Source: Gammaproteobacteria bacterium
Lineage (GTDB): Bacteria > Pseudomonadota > Gammaproteobacteria > QZLD01
NCBI GenBank assembly: GCA_004796365.1
Contig: QZLE01000140.1
Coordinates: 10,932 to 74,931 of the forward strand
DNA length: 64,000 bases
Reading direction: 5' to 3'
This document shows positions 8,293-16,713 of the stretch, piece by piece (position 1 is the first letter of the stretch; the number at the start of each line of letters is the position of its first letter). The position numbers and the translations under genes were made by a program. Below the pieces are notes generated by a model. It had not been told where the DNA came from and made no database searches. It saw only the letters and a list, made by a program, of their open reading frames with translations.

Positions 8293-9783
8293 CTAATCAT
8301 GCATTAACCCAAGTCTTTGCATCTTTCCATACAGCGTTGTACGGTTGGTTTGCAAAAGTTTTGCAGCTTTACTCAAGTTTCCATCGCAATCTTTTAAGGC
8401 TGCCTGGATATATGCTGATTCCAATGAATGCAGAGCATCGTCTAATGTTTGTCCTGAGCGTAATTTTGCTATGATTTCATCATCTACAGGTATAATTTCT
8501 ACACTATCGCTAGCTTGGTTTGTGGCCTTGCCAATATTGTTTGTCTGGCATATAGCTTGATCCTGCTCTAATTCAGACAAAAGGGTGTCAACATCAACTA
8601 TTTGGCCAGGATGTTTGGTGCCAATTCGTATGACAATGTTCTTTAATTCGCGCACGTTACCCGGAAAGGTGTAATTCAGCCAGGTTTTCTCAGCTTCGTT
8701 GGAAAGGGTAAATGGCGGTACGGTTTCTGCGAGGGTTTCTTGAAAGTGCTCTAAAAGCAACAATTTATCATTACCTCTGTTGCATACTGCAATTGAATTC
8801 AAGGTTAAAACACTTAGGCGATGATAAAGGTCATGCCTGAATAGCCCTTTTTCAACCATGTGGAGTAAATCACGATTTGTAGCAGCAATAATTCTTGCTT
8901 CTGTTTTATGTGGCGCTGTTTTACCAATAGGGTAGAACTCTCCATTTTCTAGAACCCTAAGTAGTTTGGATTGCAGATCAAGCGGCATTTCACCTATTTC
9001 ATCTAAGAATAGCGTACCTTTCCCGGCATCTGTAAAAAATCCGGTCTTATCTTTATCTGCCCCGGTAAAGGAGCCTTTAGTGTGACCAAATAATTGGGAA
9101 TCTAAAAGTTCAGCAGAAAATGCTGCACAGTTAATTACCAGAAATGGCTCTTTGCTGTTGTTGGAGTGGTTGTGTAATTCATTAGCAATCAGCTCTTTTC
9201 CAGAGCCTGATTCTCCGGTTATAAGCACGGGAAAAGGAGTTTTTGCATATACCTTGATTTGGGTATTTAAGTTGATTATTTCTGGGCATTTGCCGGTTAT
9301 CAACGTTTTTTCATGCTTGTTTTTATGACTGTTCTCAGAATAATAAAGTTCTGTTTGTTGTAGGAGTTTTTTCTTTAAATCGTCTGGAGCACACGGCTTA
9401 GCAATGAAGTCTGCAGCACCAAGGGTCATGGCGTGTTGTACATTAGAGTCCTTGCTTTGACCAGACAGAACAATAATACGCATCATAGAATTGAATGCGA
9501 GTAAATCAGCGATAAGAGCGAATCCCTCTTGCGGTGTATGTGGAGTAGGTGGAAGTCCAAGATCTACAAGTGCGACTACCGGGGTTTCACTAATCGATTG
9601 AAGTAGGGTGTGTGCCTGTGTTCGAGTTTTTGCAGAGTACACATGAAAAGAATCCTGAAGCAAAAAAGTGCTGGTTTCTACAAGCAGGGGATCGTCATCT
9701 ATTAGTAGTAAAGGCGGAAGTGCGACATCGGAAGTAGCCAGGCCGTTATCAGGGCTTTCCATCAAATAAAATTCCTTTTTCAT
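8293..9783 (-). CDS. Sigma-54-dependent response regulator (NtrC family; receiver resembles PrsR/PEP-CTERM-box type)
   Basis: REC domain with LLLIDDDP and [10 protein letters not shown]...PQEG. AAA+ domain with [14 protein letters not shown] (GAFTGA variant) and DSQLFGH. C-terminal Fis-type [28 protein letters not shown]. Confidence 0.9.
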   Translation of the reverse strand: MKKEFYLMESPDNGLATSDVALPPLLLIDDDPLLVETSTFLLQDSFHVYSAKTRTQAHTLLQSISETPVVALVDLGLPPTPHTPQEGFALIADLLAFNSMMRIIVLSGQSKDSNVQHAMTLGAADFIAKPCAPDDLKKKLLQQTELYYSENSHKNKHEKTLITGKCPEIINLNTQIKVYAKTPFPVLITGESGSGKELIANELHNHSNNSKEPFLVINCAAFSAELLDSQLFGHTKGSFTGADKDKTGFFTDAGKGTLFLDEIGEMPLDLQSKLLRVLENGEFYPIGKTAPHKTEARIIAATNRDLLHMVEKGLFRHDLYHRLSVLTLNSIAVCNRGNDKLLLLEHFQETLAETVPPFTLSNEAEKTWLNYTFPGNVRELKNIVIRIGTKHPGQIVDVDTLLSELEQDQAICQTNNIGKATNQASDSVEIIPVDDEIIAKLRSGQTLDDALHSLESAYIQAALKDCDGNLSKAAKLLQTNRTTLYGKMQRLGLMHD

Positions 9784-9932
9784 TCCATGATATCTGTTAT
9801 AGTAACGTGCTTATTGGATATATAAAAGAATCTATGAGTTTTTCCTTATTCAGCTGATTAGCTTGAAAGGAATAAATGCTAAAATAATTATCAAGGTCTC
9901 TTTTGTATTGATTTGAATAAAAAGGAAAATTT

Positions 9933-11432
9933 GTGAGTAATACACCTGTTACATGTGCTGTCGCTGATTTAGGATCGAACACATTTCACTTGATGATTGC
10001 TGAGGTTGAAGGGACCAAATTTACTGTCATCGATAAGATTAGATACCCCGTAAAACTAGCTGAAGGCTTCGATAATCAAAAAAAATTAACTAGTGAAGCT
10101 ATGCAGCGCGGATTTGACATTTTGGAGATGTATGGTCAACGTCTTCAGGATTTTCATCCCAGTTTTGTAAAGATTGTTGGAACAAACGCTCTCAGGCGTG
10201 CAAAAAACAGCCAGGATTTTGTTAGTAAAGCTACTGATATCGTTGGTTACCCGGTTGAAGTAATTTCCGGTTATGAAGAGGCGCGCCTAATTTATCTTGG
10301 TGTTGCACGTAGTATTGAGTCAGATGGGAAAAACCGCCTGTTAATTGATATTGGTGGTGGTAGCTCTGAACTTGTAATAGGTAAAGATTTTGATCCAGTA
10401 GATATGGAAAGTCTTGATGTTGGCTGTCTATCAACAACCGTAGATTTTTTCCCCAAAGGTGAAATTACCAAAGAGTCAATGCATAAGGCTGTAATTGCTA
10501 CTGGCCTTAAGATTCAGCCATTCGTAAAGGCGATGAAAAAGATTGGCTGGGATCATGCTATAGGATCTGCAGGCACCATCATAGCTATTGCTAGTGTACT
10601 TGAGCGCAAAGGCTGGGCTTCAGGTGAAATTTCCTTTACTGCTCTGGATAAATTGCGTAAAGAGCTTGTACGTGAAGGTCGTTTTAAAGGCGAAGATTAT
10701 CCAGATATTAGCCAGGATCGCGCAAATGCCTTTGCCGGTGGTGCAGCGGTTCTTTATGGTTTAATGAAAAACCTCGACATAGACACAATTATCCCCTGTG
10801 ACGGCGGATTGCGTGAAGGGATGCTATTGGATCTCTCCGGTAAGATTGAGCATGAGGACATTAGAGATACAGCTATTTTGCAGTTTGCAAGAGACTATAA
10901 ATATGATGAGCAGCAAAGCGAAAGAGTATTCAATGCCGCAGCATATATTTTTAAAATGGCTTATAAAGGTCTGGGGTTAAAAAAGGGTAGCTCCGAGGGT
11001 TATTTGCGCTGGGCTTCATCTGTGTTCGAGATTGGTTTAGCAATTTCCCACTCCAAACACCACAAACACAGTGCCTACTTGGTAAAGCACACCGATTTGC
11101 CAGGTTTTACTCGTGAAGAACAGCAGAATCTAAGAATAATTGTTGAAGGGCATAGAAAGTCTTTTCCAATCAAAGAAATAGAAATTCTCCCACAATCTGA
11201 AAGGTATTTGGTAACTGCTTTGTGCGTAATTTTTAGGCTCGCGGTACTGTTCTGCAGATCACGCAATGATGTTCCATTAAAAGATTTAGATTTTAAGTCT
11301 GATAAAGGCCGATTGGATTTGATTTTTCCAACTGGATGGTTGGAGCAGAACCCATTAACAGAGGCCGACTTGTTAATGGAGCAGCAGGCTATTAAGTGCT
11401 CGGATTGGAAATTGAAGCTGGTTACTAAGTAA
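9933..11432 (+). CDS. ppx: Exopolyphosphatase (Ppx/GppA family)
   Basis: 499 aa with a GTG start and AAAGGAAA RBS. N-terminal DLGSNTFHLMIAE and IDIGGGSSE ASKHA motifs. Adjacent to ppk. Confidence 0.9.
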   Translation: MSNTPVTCAVADLGSNTFHLMIAEVEGTKFTVIDKIRYPVKLAEGFDNQKKLTSEAMQRGFDILEMYGQRLQDFHPSFVKIVGTNALRRAKNSQDFVSKATDIVGYPVEVISGYEEARLIYLGVARSIESDGKNRLLIDIGGGSSELVIGKDFDPVDMESLDVGCLSTTVDFFPKGEITKESMHKAVIATGLKIQPFVKAMKKIGWDHAIGSAGTIIAIASVLERKGWASGEISFTALDKLRKELVREGRFKGEDYPDISQDRANAFAGGAAVLYGLMKNLDIDTIIPCDGGLREGMLLDLSGKIEHEDIRDTAILQFARDYKYDEQQSERVFNAAAYIFKMAYKGLGLKKGSSEGYLRWASSVFEIGLAISHSKHHKHSAYLVKHTDLPGFTREEQQNLRIIVEGHRKSFPIKEIEILPQSERYLVTALCVIFRLAVLFCRSRNDVPLKDLDFKSDKGRLDLIFPTGWLEQNPLTEADLLMEQQAIKCSDWKLKLVTK

Positions 11433-11439
11433 TGCATAT

Positions 11440-11467
11440 GCACCATTCTGCACTTGCAGGAATGGTG
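11440..11467. terminator. Hairpin between convergent ppx and ppk (possible bidirectional terminator)
   Basis: GCACCATTC-11 nt loop-GAATGGTG in the 52-nt tail-to-tail gap. No strong U-run. Confidence 0.45.
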
Positions 11468-11484
11468 TGCTAATTTCCCCTCAG

Positions 11485-13626
11485 TTACGGCTGGTGTAAT
11501 TCCATCAAAAACTGCTGTGCTGATTGATAGGTAAAATCACCTGCTTCGACGCTACGAGCAAAACTGCTATCTTGCTGGAGGTCCCAGGCGTCGCGCTCGC
11601 AACTTATATATGGTTCCAATCCTTCTTCAATTACTCGACGTTTCAGGGTAGGGTCATTAATAGGAAAGCTGGCCTCTATGCGGTGGAAAAGATTTCTTAC
11701 CATTAGATCAGCACTACTCAGCCATACCCTTTGGTCACCATCGTTTTCAAAAAAGTAGATTCTTGTATGTTCCAAGAATCTTCCAAGTACTGAGCGCACT
11801 TTTATGTTTTCCGAAAGGCCGGTAATACCAGGGCGCAATGTGCAGATACTGCGGATAATCAGGTAAATTTGCACTCCCGCCTGAGACGCTCTGTAAAGGG
11901 CATCAACAATGTCCTTGTGGGTTAATGCATTGGTCTTGAGTATTATTCTGGCACTCTTACCTTCTAGGGCATTTTTGATTTCAACTTCGATAAAATCAAG
12001 GATTGATTGATGAAGGTTGAAAGGCGATTGAATGATCGTACTTAAATCACTTTTCTTACTCATACCGGTCATCTGCAGGAAGAGTTTGTGTACATCCTGG
12101 GTAATCTTTTTATCTGAGGTTAGCAAGCCAATATCTGTGTAATGCCTTGCAGTAGTAGCATGGTAGTTGCCGGTGCTCAAATGCGCATAGTTTTTTATTT
12201 TTCCTTTTTCCCTTCTGGTAATCAGCATCATTTTAGCGTGAGTCTTGAAGCCGACAACACCGTATACAACGTGGGCGCCAGCTTCTTGAAGATAAGTTGC
12301 CAGGTGGATATTCGCGGCTTCATCGAAGCGGGCACGAAGTTCGATAATCACTGTCACCTCTTTCCCAGCGCGTGCCGCATTGACTAAAATATCAACTAGC
12401 ATCGAGTCAGAGCCTGTACGATATAATGTTTGCTTGATAGCAACTACATTCGGATCAACAGACGCCTGTTGTAACATGTCAATTATCGGTGAGAACGACT
12501 CAAAAGGAAGGTGTATAAGTGCGTCTTTTTTGGCCAATGCTTCGAAAACATTGGTATTGCGTTTGAGATTTACCGGTATCACTTGATTGTGTTTTGGATA
12601 CTCAAGGTGGGGTAAGTCAACGAGATCAATGATATTTTCCATACGGTTAAGGTTTACAGGGCCGTTTACAAGGTATAGATCATCCTCGCCAAGCTTGAAT
12701 TCCTTAAGAAGAAAGTTACACAACTTTTCCGGACAACTGTTTACAATTTCTAAGCGAACACTATCGCCATATCTTCTTGAAAACAACTCGCCTTCGACTG
12801 CGTGAAGCAAATCGTCCATTTTGGTATGATCCAAAAACAAATCACTGTTTCTAGTTACTCTGAACTGGTAACAGCCGGTAACTTCCATGCCTGGGAATAT
12901 TGAATCGATGTGGGCATGAATAACTGATGAAAGAAAGATGAAATCATGAGGGTGATTCGCAATACCTTCCGGCAAAGGGATAATCCTAGGAAGTGCTCTT
13001 GGGGCCTGCACAACAGCAAGTTCGCTTGATCGGCCGAACGCATCCTTGCCCTTTAGTGAAACAATAAAATTTAAACTTTTATTGAGCACGCGTGGAAAAG
13101 GGTGGGCAGGGTCAAGTGCTATAGGCGTTAGAATTGGAAACAGTTGGTCTTCAAAATACTCTTTAACCCAGTCCGACTGTTTTTTATTCCATTTGGTACG
13201 GCGGGTGATATATATGCCTTCTTCTTCCATGGCTGGAATCAGTGTTTCATTAAGCACTCGATATTGATCATCTACGAGCATGTGAGCAATTTCCCTGATC
13301 TGTTTAAGCTGTTCAGACACAGGTGTCTGGTCAGGGTAGTCTGGCCCCTGAATGGGCATTCCCATAAGCTCATGCCTTTTCAGGCCAGAAACACGTACTT
13401 CAAAAAATTCATCAAGATTTGAACTAGATATACAAAGAAATCTTAGGCGGTTTAGAAGTGGTATTGTTACGTCTTTCGCGAGCTCTAGTACACGATACTG
13501 GAAGCTTAATAAGCTGAGTTCACGGTTAATATATATGTTTTGTTCTAAGCTTTCTTCTTGCATAACTTTGTTTTGATCTGTAGTTGTATTTTCTATCACT
13601 GAACTTTCTATTACTGAATTTTCCAT
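11485..13626 (-). CDS. ppk: Polyphosphate kinase 1
   Basis: 713 aa. Typical PPK1 N-terminus (YINRELSLLSFQYRVLELA), the phosphohistidine region (FKTHAKMMLI) and two PLD-like C-terminal domains. Confidence 0.95.
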   Translation of the reverse strand: MENSVIESSVIENTTTDQNKVMQEESLEQNIYINRELSLLSFQYRVLELAKDVTIPLLNRLRFLCISSSNLDEFFEVRVSGLKRHELMGMPIQGPDYPDQTPVSEQLKQIREIAHMLVDDQYRVLNETLIPAMEEEGIYITRRTKWNKKQSDWVKEYFEDQLFPILTPIALDPAHPFPRVLNKSLNFIVSLKGKDAFGRSSELAVVQAPRALPRIIPLPEGIANHPHDFIFLSSVIHAHIDSIFPGMEVTGCYQFRVTRNSDLFLDHTKMDDLLHAVEGELFSRRYGDSVRLEIVNSCPEKLCNFLLKEFKLGEDDLYLVNGPVNLNRMENIIDLVDLPHLEYPKHNQVIPVNLKRNTNVFEALAKKDALIHLPFESFSPIIDMLQQASVDPNVVAIKQTLYRTGSDSMLVDILVNAARAGKEVTVIIELRARFDEAANIHLATYLQEAGAHVVYGVVGFKTHAKMMLITRREKGKIKNYAHLSTGNYHATTARHYTDIGLLTSDKKITQDVHKLFLQMTGMSKKSDLSTIIQSPFNLHQSILDFIEVEIKNALEGKSARIILKTNALTHKDIVDALYRASQAGVQIYLIIRSICTLRPGITGLSENIKVRSVLGRFLEHTRIYFFENDGDQRVWLSSADLMVRNLFHRIEASFPINDPTLKRRVIEEGLEPYISCERDAWDLQQDSSFARSVEAGDFTYQSAQQFLMELHQP

Positions 13627-13966
13627 CGCATATTATATCCCTAAGCTTCATTTTGCCAGATACAAAAAATCATAATCTCGAAATCACTTTAATATATCTA
13701 TTATAGAAGGGATTTTGTTACATAAAGCTTGTCACTATGACTATTTTGTAATGTTTTTAAAAATGACTACTGTTCAATAGGTTATGTATCACACATCTCT
13801 TGTGACTAGGTTGGCAAAAAGATAAAAAAGTAATAATAACCTGAATTAGATCATAAAACTCCGATTTTGAATGTGCTTAACTTCTTTGCAGGTAGCAAGG
13901 CTAATCTAATGGATTAGTTATGGATTATGCCTTGTTGTGCATTAGATGGACTTTGGAGAATCATTT

Positions 13967-16618
13967 ATGAAGATTTCAAAATTTTTTGGTGTTGCTGTTG
14001 TGTCAGTATTGGTGGGTGCATGTGGCGGAGGTTCTGGAACTGGATCAGGTTCTGGCGGAGGTAATCAAACACCTCAGACAGTAGAAGGCCTTTCAATGCC
14101 CCAGAGCATGAGCGTTGTTTCTTCCTCAACCGAAGTTGCTGGTATGCGTATGTCGGCAATGAAAAGAATATTAAAGATGTTTCCTCAGCAAGTGAGAGCG
14201 ATGGCGTATGATGGTGCTGGGACTGACTACACTACAGATGAAGTAAATACATTTGTTTGGGATGAGTCCATGGAGTCACTGGATATCATCAATGAGATTA
14301 TGTGTTATATCGACCAGACTGGCTATAAAGAGATGGTTAATCAGGATCCATACCAGGCCCTGATTAATGGGGCAGAGTGTCGCAAGAGCGGTAGCAGCTC
14401 AAGTCAGAATGATCAGTCCAGTGGTTCCAATGCTACTTCATATGAAACCTGGACAATCAGCTCAACAAGAGCAAGTAATACCGATCCTCAGATTGTAAAT
14501 ATCTGGTTCCCAGAAGTTGATGAACGAACAGGGCAGCCTGACGGCTATATGCGAGTCCAGACAATTGTTTCAGAAGGTGTCAGTGATGACATGCCTTTTG
14601 GTTCTTTCACTCTGAATTTCGAATTCTATGATGATAATGATAATCAAACCGGTGGTGGTGTGCTTAAGACAACAACACCTCCAGCTGGCTCTCCAGATGG
14701 TGCCGTGGCTTTTATGTTCTATGAAAATGGTGCCGAAACCGAGGAATTTAATCTTGGAGGCCCAGTAGATGTAACCTTGCAACATACAACACAGATTATG
14801 GTTGTATTTGACGATGCAGATGGTAACTCTGGAATCGCCGTGATAAAACGTGAAAACGAAGTAACGCAAGGTGATAACCCTGCCCTTGATGCTGGACAGG
14901 TTGCTACTGCTCATGGTTTTGTTTCCGGTATGAATGCAACTTATGACGTAGCGTTCAATGGTACTCATTTCTATACAACTGTTCGCGGTTCTAACCCTCT
15001 TGAAGAATCATGCATGGATAGAAACGAATTTGATACTCAGGTATGGCGCTACAATCTTTATTATAAAGATGGAGATAACGCAGGATCACGCGTTGCCATT
15101 GATTCTGGCTTCCCATTTAAGGCAGAGGCTGGAGATGACACTGTATTTGGTCATATCGGCTATTGGGGTATTTGGGTTCCTTATGGAACCGATATTACGT
15201 CGATTAGCACACTGGTAAGGGAAAACTTTGGTGGTCAGCAAAATCAGGACCCACAAGAGTACACATTAGTACAGGCTCCGGGCAAAATGATCAAGAGCAC
15301 AAAAACTGAAGTTTTGATGACTGATATTGAAGGTTTGGCGCTTGGCTGGTGGCCATGGATTCCACCTGAGTGTAATGATCAAAATGGTGATATCACTTGC
15401 GAAGGGGTAGATCAGATTCAGGAAGGTAATGATTATATAGTTGAATATACCTCTGATACTACACTTTCACTAGCTGAACAAGGAAATACCAATGTTGCTG
15501 AAGCTGGGTTTTATGCAATCGCCACCAGAACCTGGGACGATCAGGGGGAGAACCTTAATTACCTTCCGGCACCTATTAAAGTTAGCATTCCATGGTTTAA
15601 CTTTTTCTCGAATCAGCTTGGCGGATCTGTAAGTTATCCATTTGTTGATGATAATGGAAACGAGGTTACAACTAAAGCGACCATCTTTGTTGAAACATTT
15701 GTAAATGGTGCTGATTCAGCGTTTGACCAGGCTGATTCTATTACCTTGCACTGCTTCCAGGAGTGCTTAAGAGGTGGGATAACGCAAAATCAGATAGACA
15801 TGACTAACAATGAAACTCCATTTTACGCCTCAGTCGAACAACAGTGGGATCAAAATGGTGCACCTATTGCTCCAACAGATGCTGCTGCGACTTATACATT
15901 TGATAAGGCAACCTTGTCTTTGACTGTAGCTAGTGTTGCAGGTGATGATCAGCACGCAGATGTTGGTAAAGTTGTAAAACTTGCTACTGGCGTTACCCCA
16001 GGCAATAGCAGTAATTACCAGTGGGGTATTCAATCTCAGGCAATGCTTACTTCAATTGACGGTTTGGCATCAGTTTGGGATACCTGGAACTCTGAAGTTT
16101 CATACAGATGGGAGACAGGTCCAAACAGCTGGAATATATATTCTGCTGTTAAAGATGCTAATGGTGACTATGTTGAGTTTGATGCTCCGATACAGATGCT
16201 ATACAAACATTTGGATTCTAATGATATGAACTGGGAAACTGGTGATGCTCAAACCGATTATCATAACGTTACATACAAGCTTGAGTATGGCGGTAAAGGT
16301 GAACTTTGGGGCTTACCATGGGAAGAAGACCAAAATACAGGTCGCTGGAGCAACCCAATCACCCTTAAAGATGGCACAACTCTTTCAGACGGTGCTACTA
16401 ACTATGTGGTTAAAGGAATCGAAAGAGAACAAACTATGGTGGAAGAGGGTGATGCAGCCACTTGTACTGATAGCCTCACTGTTGATGAAAATTTGGTATT
16501 GCCAACTGCTAATGATGTTGATGGTATTACCAATGATATGGTGTCGTATGCTAATAAGCCGGTGGTGACAGATGCTCCGGCAGTTATTGAAGGTGAAGTT
16601 CAAATTGTAATTGAATAA
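13967..16618 (+). CDS. Large lipoprotein of unknown function
   Basis: Start set at MKISKFF (GGAGA RBS 8 nt upstream). Lipobox LVGAC is followed by a Gly/Ser linker CGGGSGTGSGSGGGNQ. I recognise no family motif in the remaining ~850 aa. A strong terminator follows. Confidence 0.8.
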   Translation: MKISKFFGVAVVSVLVGACGGGSGTGSGSGGGNQTPQTVEGLSMPQSMSVVSSSTEVAGMRMSAMKRILKMFPQQVRAMAYDGAGTDYTTDEVNTFVWDESMESLDIINEIMCYIDQTGYKEMVNQDPYQALINGAECRKSGSSSSQNDQSSGSNATSYETWTISSTRASNTDPQIVNIWFPEVDERTGQPDGYMRVQTIVSEGVSDDMPFGSFTLNFEFYDDNDNQTGGGVLKTTTPPAGSPDGAVAFMFYENGAETEEFNLGGPVDVTLQHTTQIMVVFDDADGNSGIAVIKRENEVTQGDNPALDAGQVATAHGFVSGMNATYDVAFNGTHFYTTVRGSNPLEESCMDRNEFDTQVWRYNLYYKDGDNAGSRVAIDSGFPFKAEAGDDTVFGHIGYWGIWVPYGTDITSISTLVRENFGGQQNQDPQEYTLVQAPGKMIKSTKTEVLMTDIEGLALGWWPWIPPECNDQNGDITCEGVDQIQEGNDYIVEYTSDTTLSLAEQGNTNVAEAGFYAIATRTWDDQGENLNYLPAPIKVSIPWFNFFSNQLGGSVSYPFVDDNGNEVTTKATIFVETFVNGADSAFDQADSITLHCFQECLRGGITQNQIDMTNNETPFYASVEQQWDQNGAPIAPTDAAATYTFDKATLSLTVASVAGDDQHADVGKVVKLATGVTPGNSSNYQWGIQSQAMLTSIDGLASVWDTWNSEVSYRWETGPNSWNIYSAVKDANGDYVEFDAPIQMLYKHLDSNDMNWETGDAQTDYHNVTYKLEYGGKGELWGLPWEEDQNTGRWSNPITLKDGTTLSDGATNYVVKGIEREQTMVEEGDAATCTDSLTVDENLVLPTANDVDGITNDMVSYANKPVVTDAPAVIEGEVQIVIE

Positions 16619-16637
16619 AACCTGCTTATTTAAAAAA

Positions 16638-16661
16638 GGGCCCTTCGGGGCCCTTTTTTTA
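16638..16661 (+). terminator. Rho-independent terminator
   Basis: GGGCCC-TTCG-GGGCCC followed by T8. It lies 20 nt after the lipoprotein stop and is flanked by an A-run. Confidence 0.9.
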
Positions 16662-16713
16662 TTATATCCAAAATTTATATTCAGATAGCATGAGATACGT
16701 CTAGAATTATCGT

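Noticed and set aside
13728-13753. Pho-box-like sequence CTTGTCACTATGACTATTTTGTAATG in the ppk/lipoprotein divergent spacer.
   Set aside because: Only one half-site resembles CTGTCAT, and the 11-bp periodic second repeat is not convincing on either strand.
14570-14968. 132-aa minus-strand ORF inside the large lipoprotein gene.
   Set aside because: It is nested antisense to a much longer ORF that has a signal peptide, RBS and terminator. Its composition looks random.
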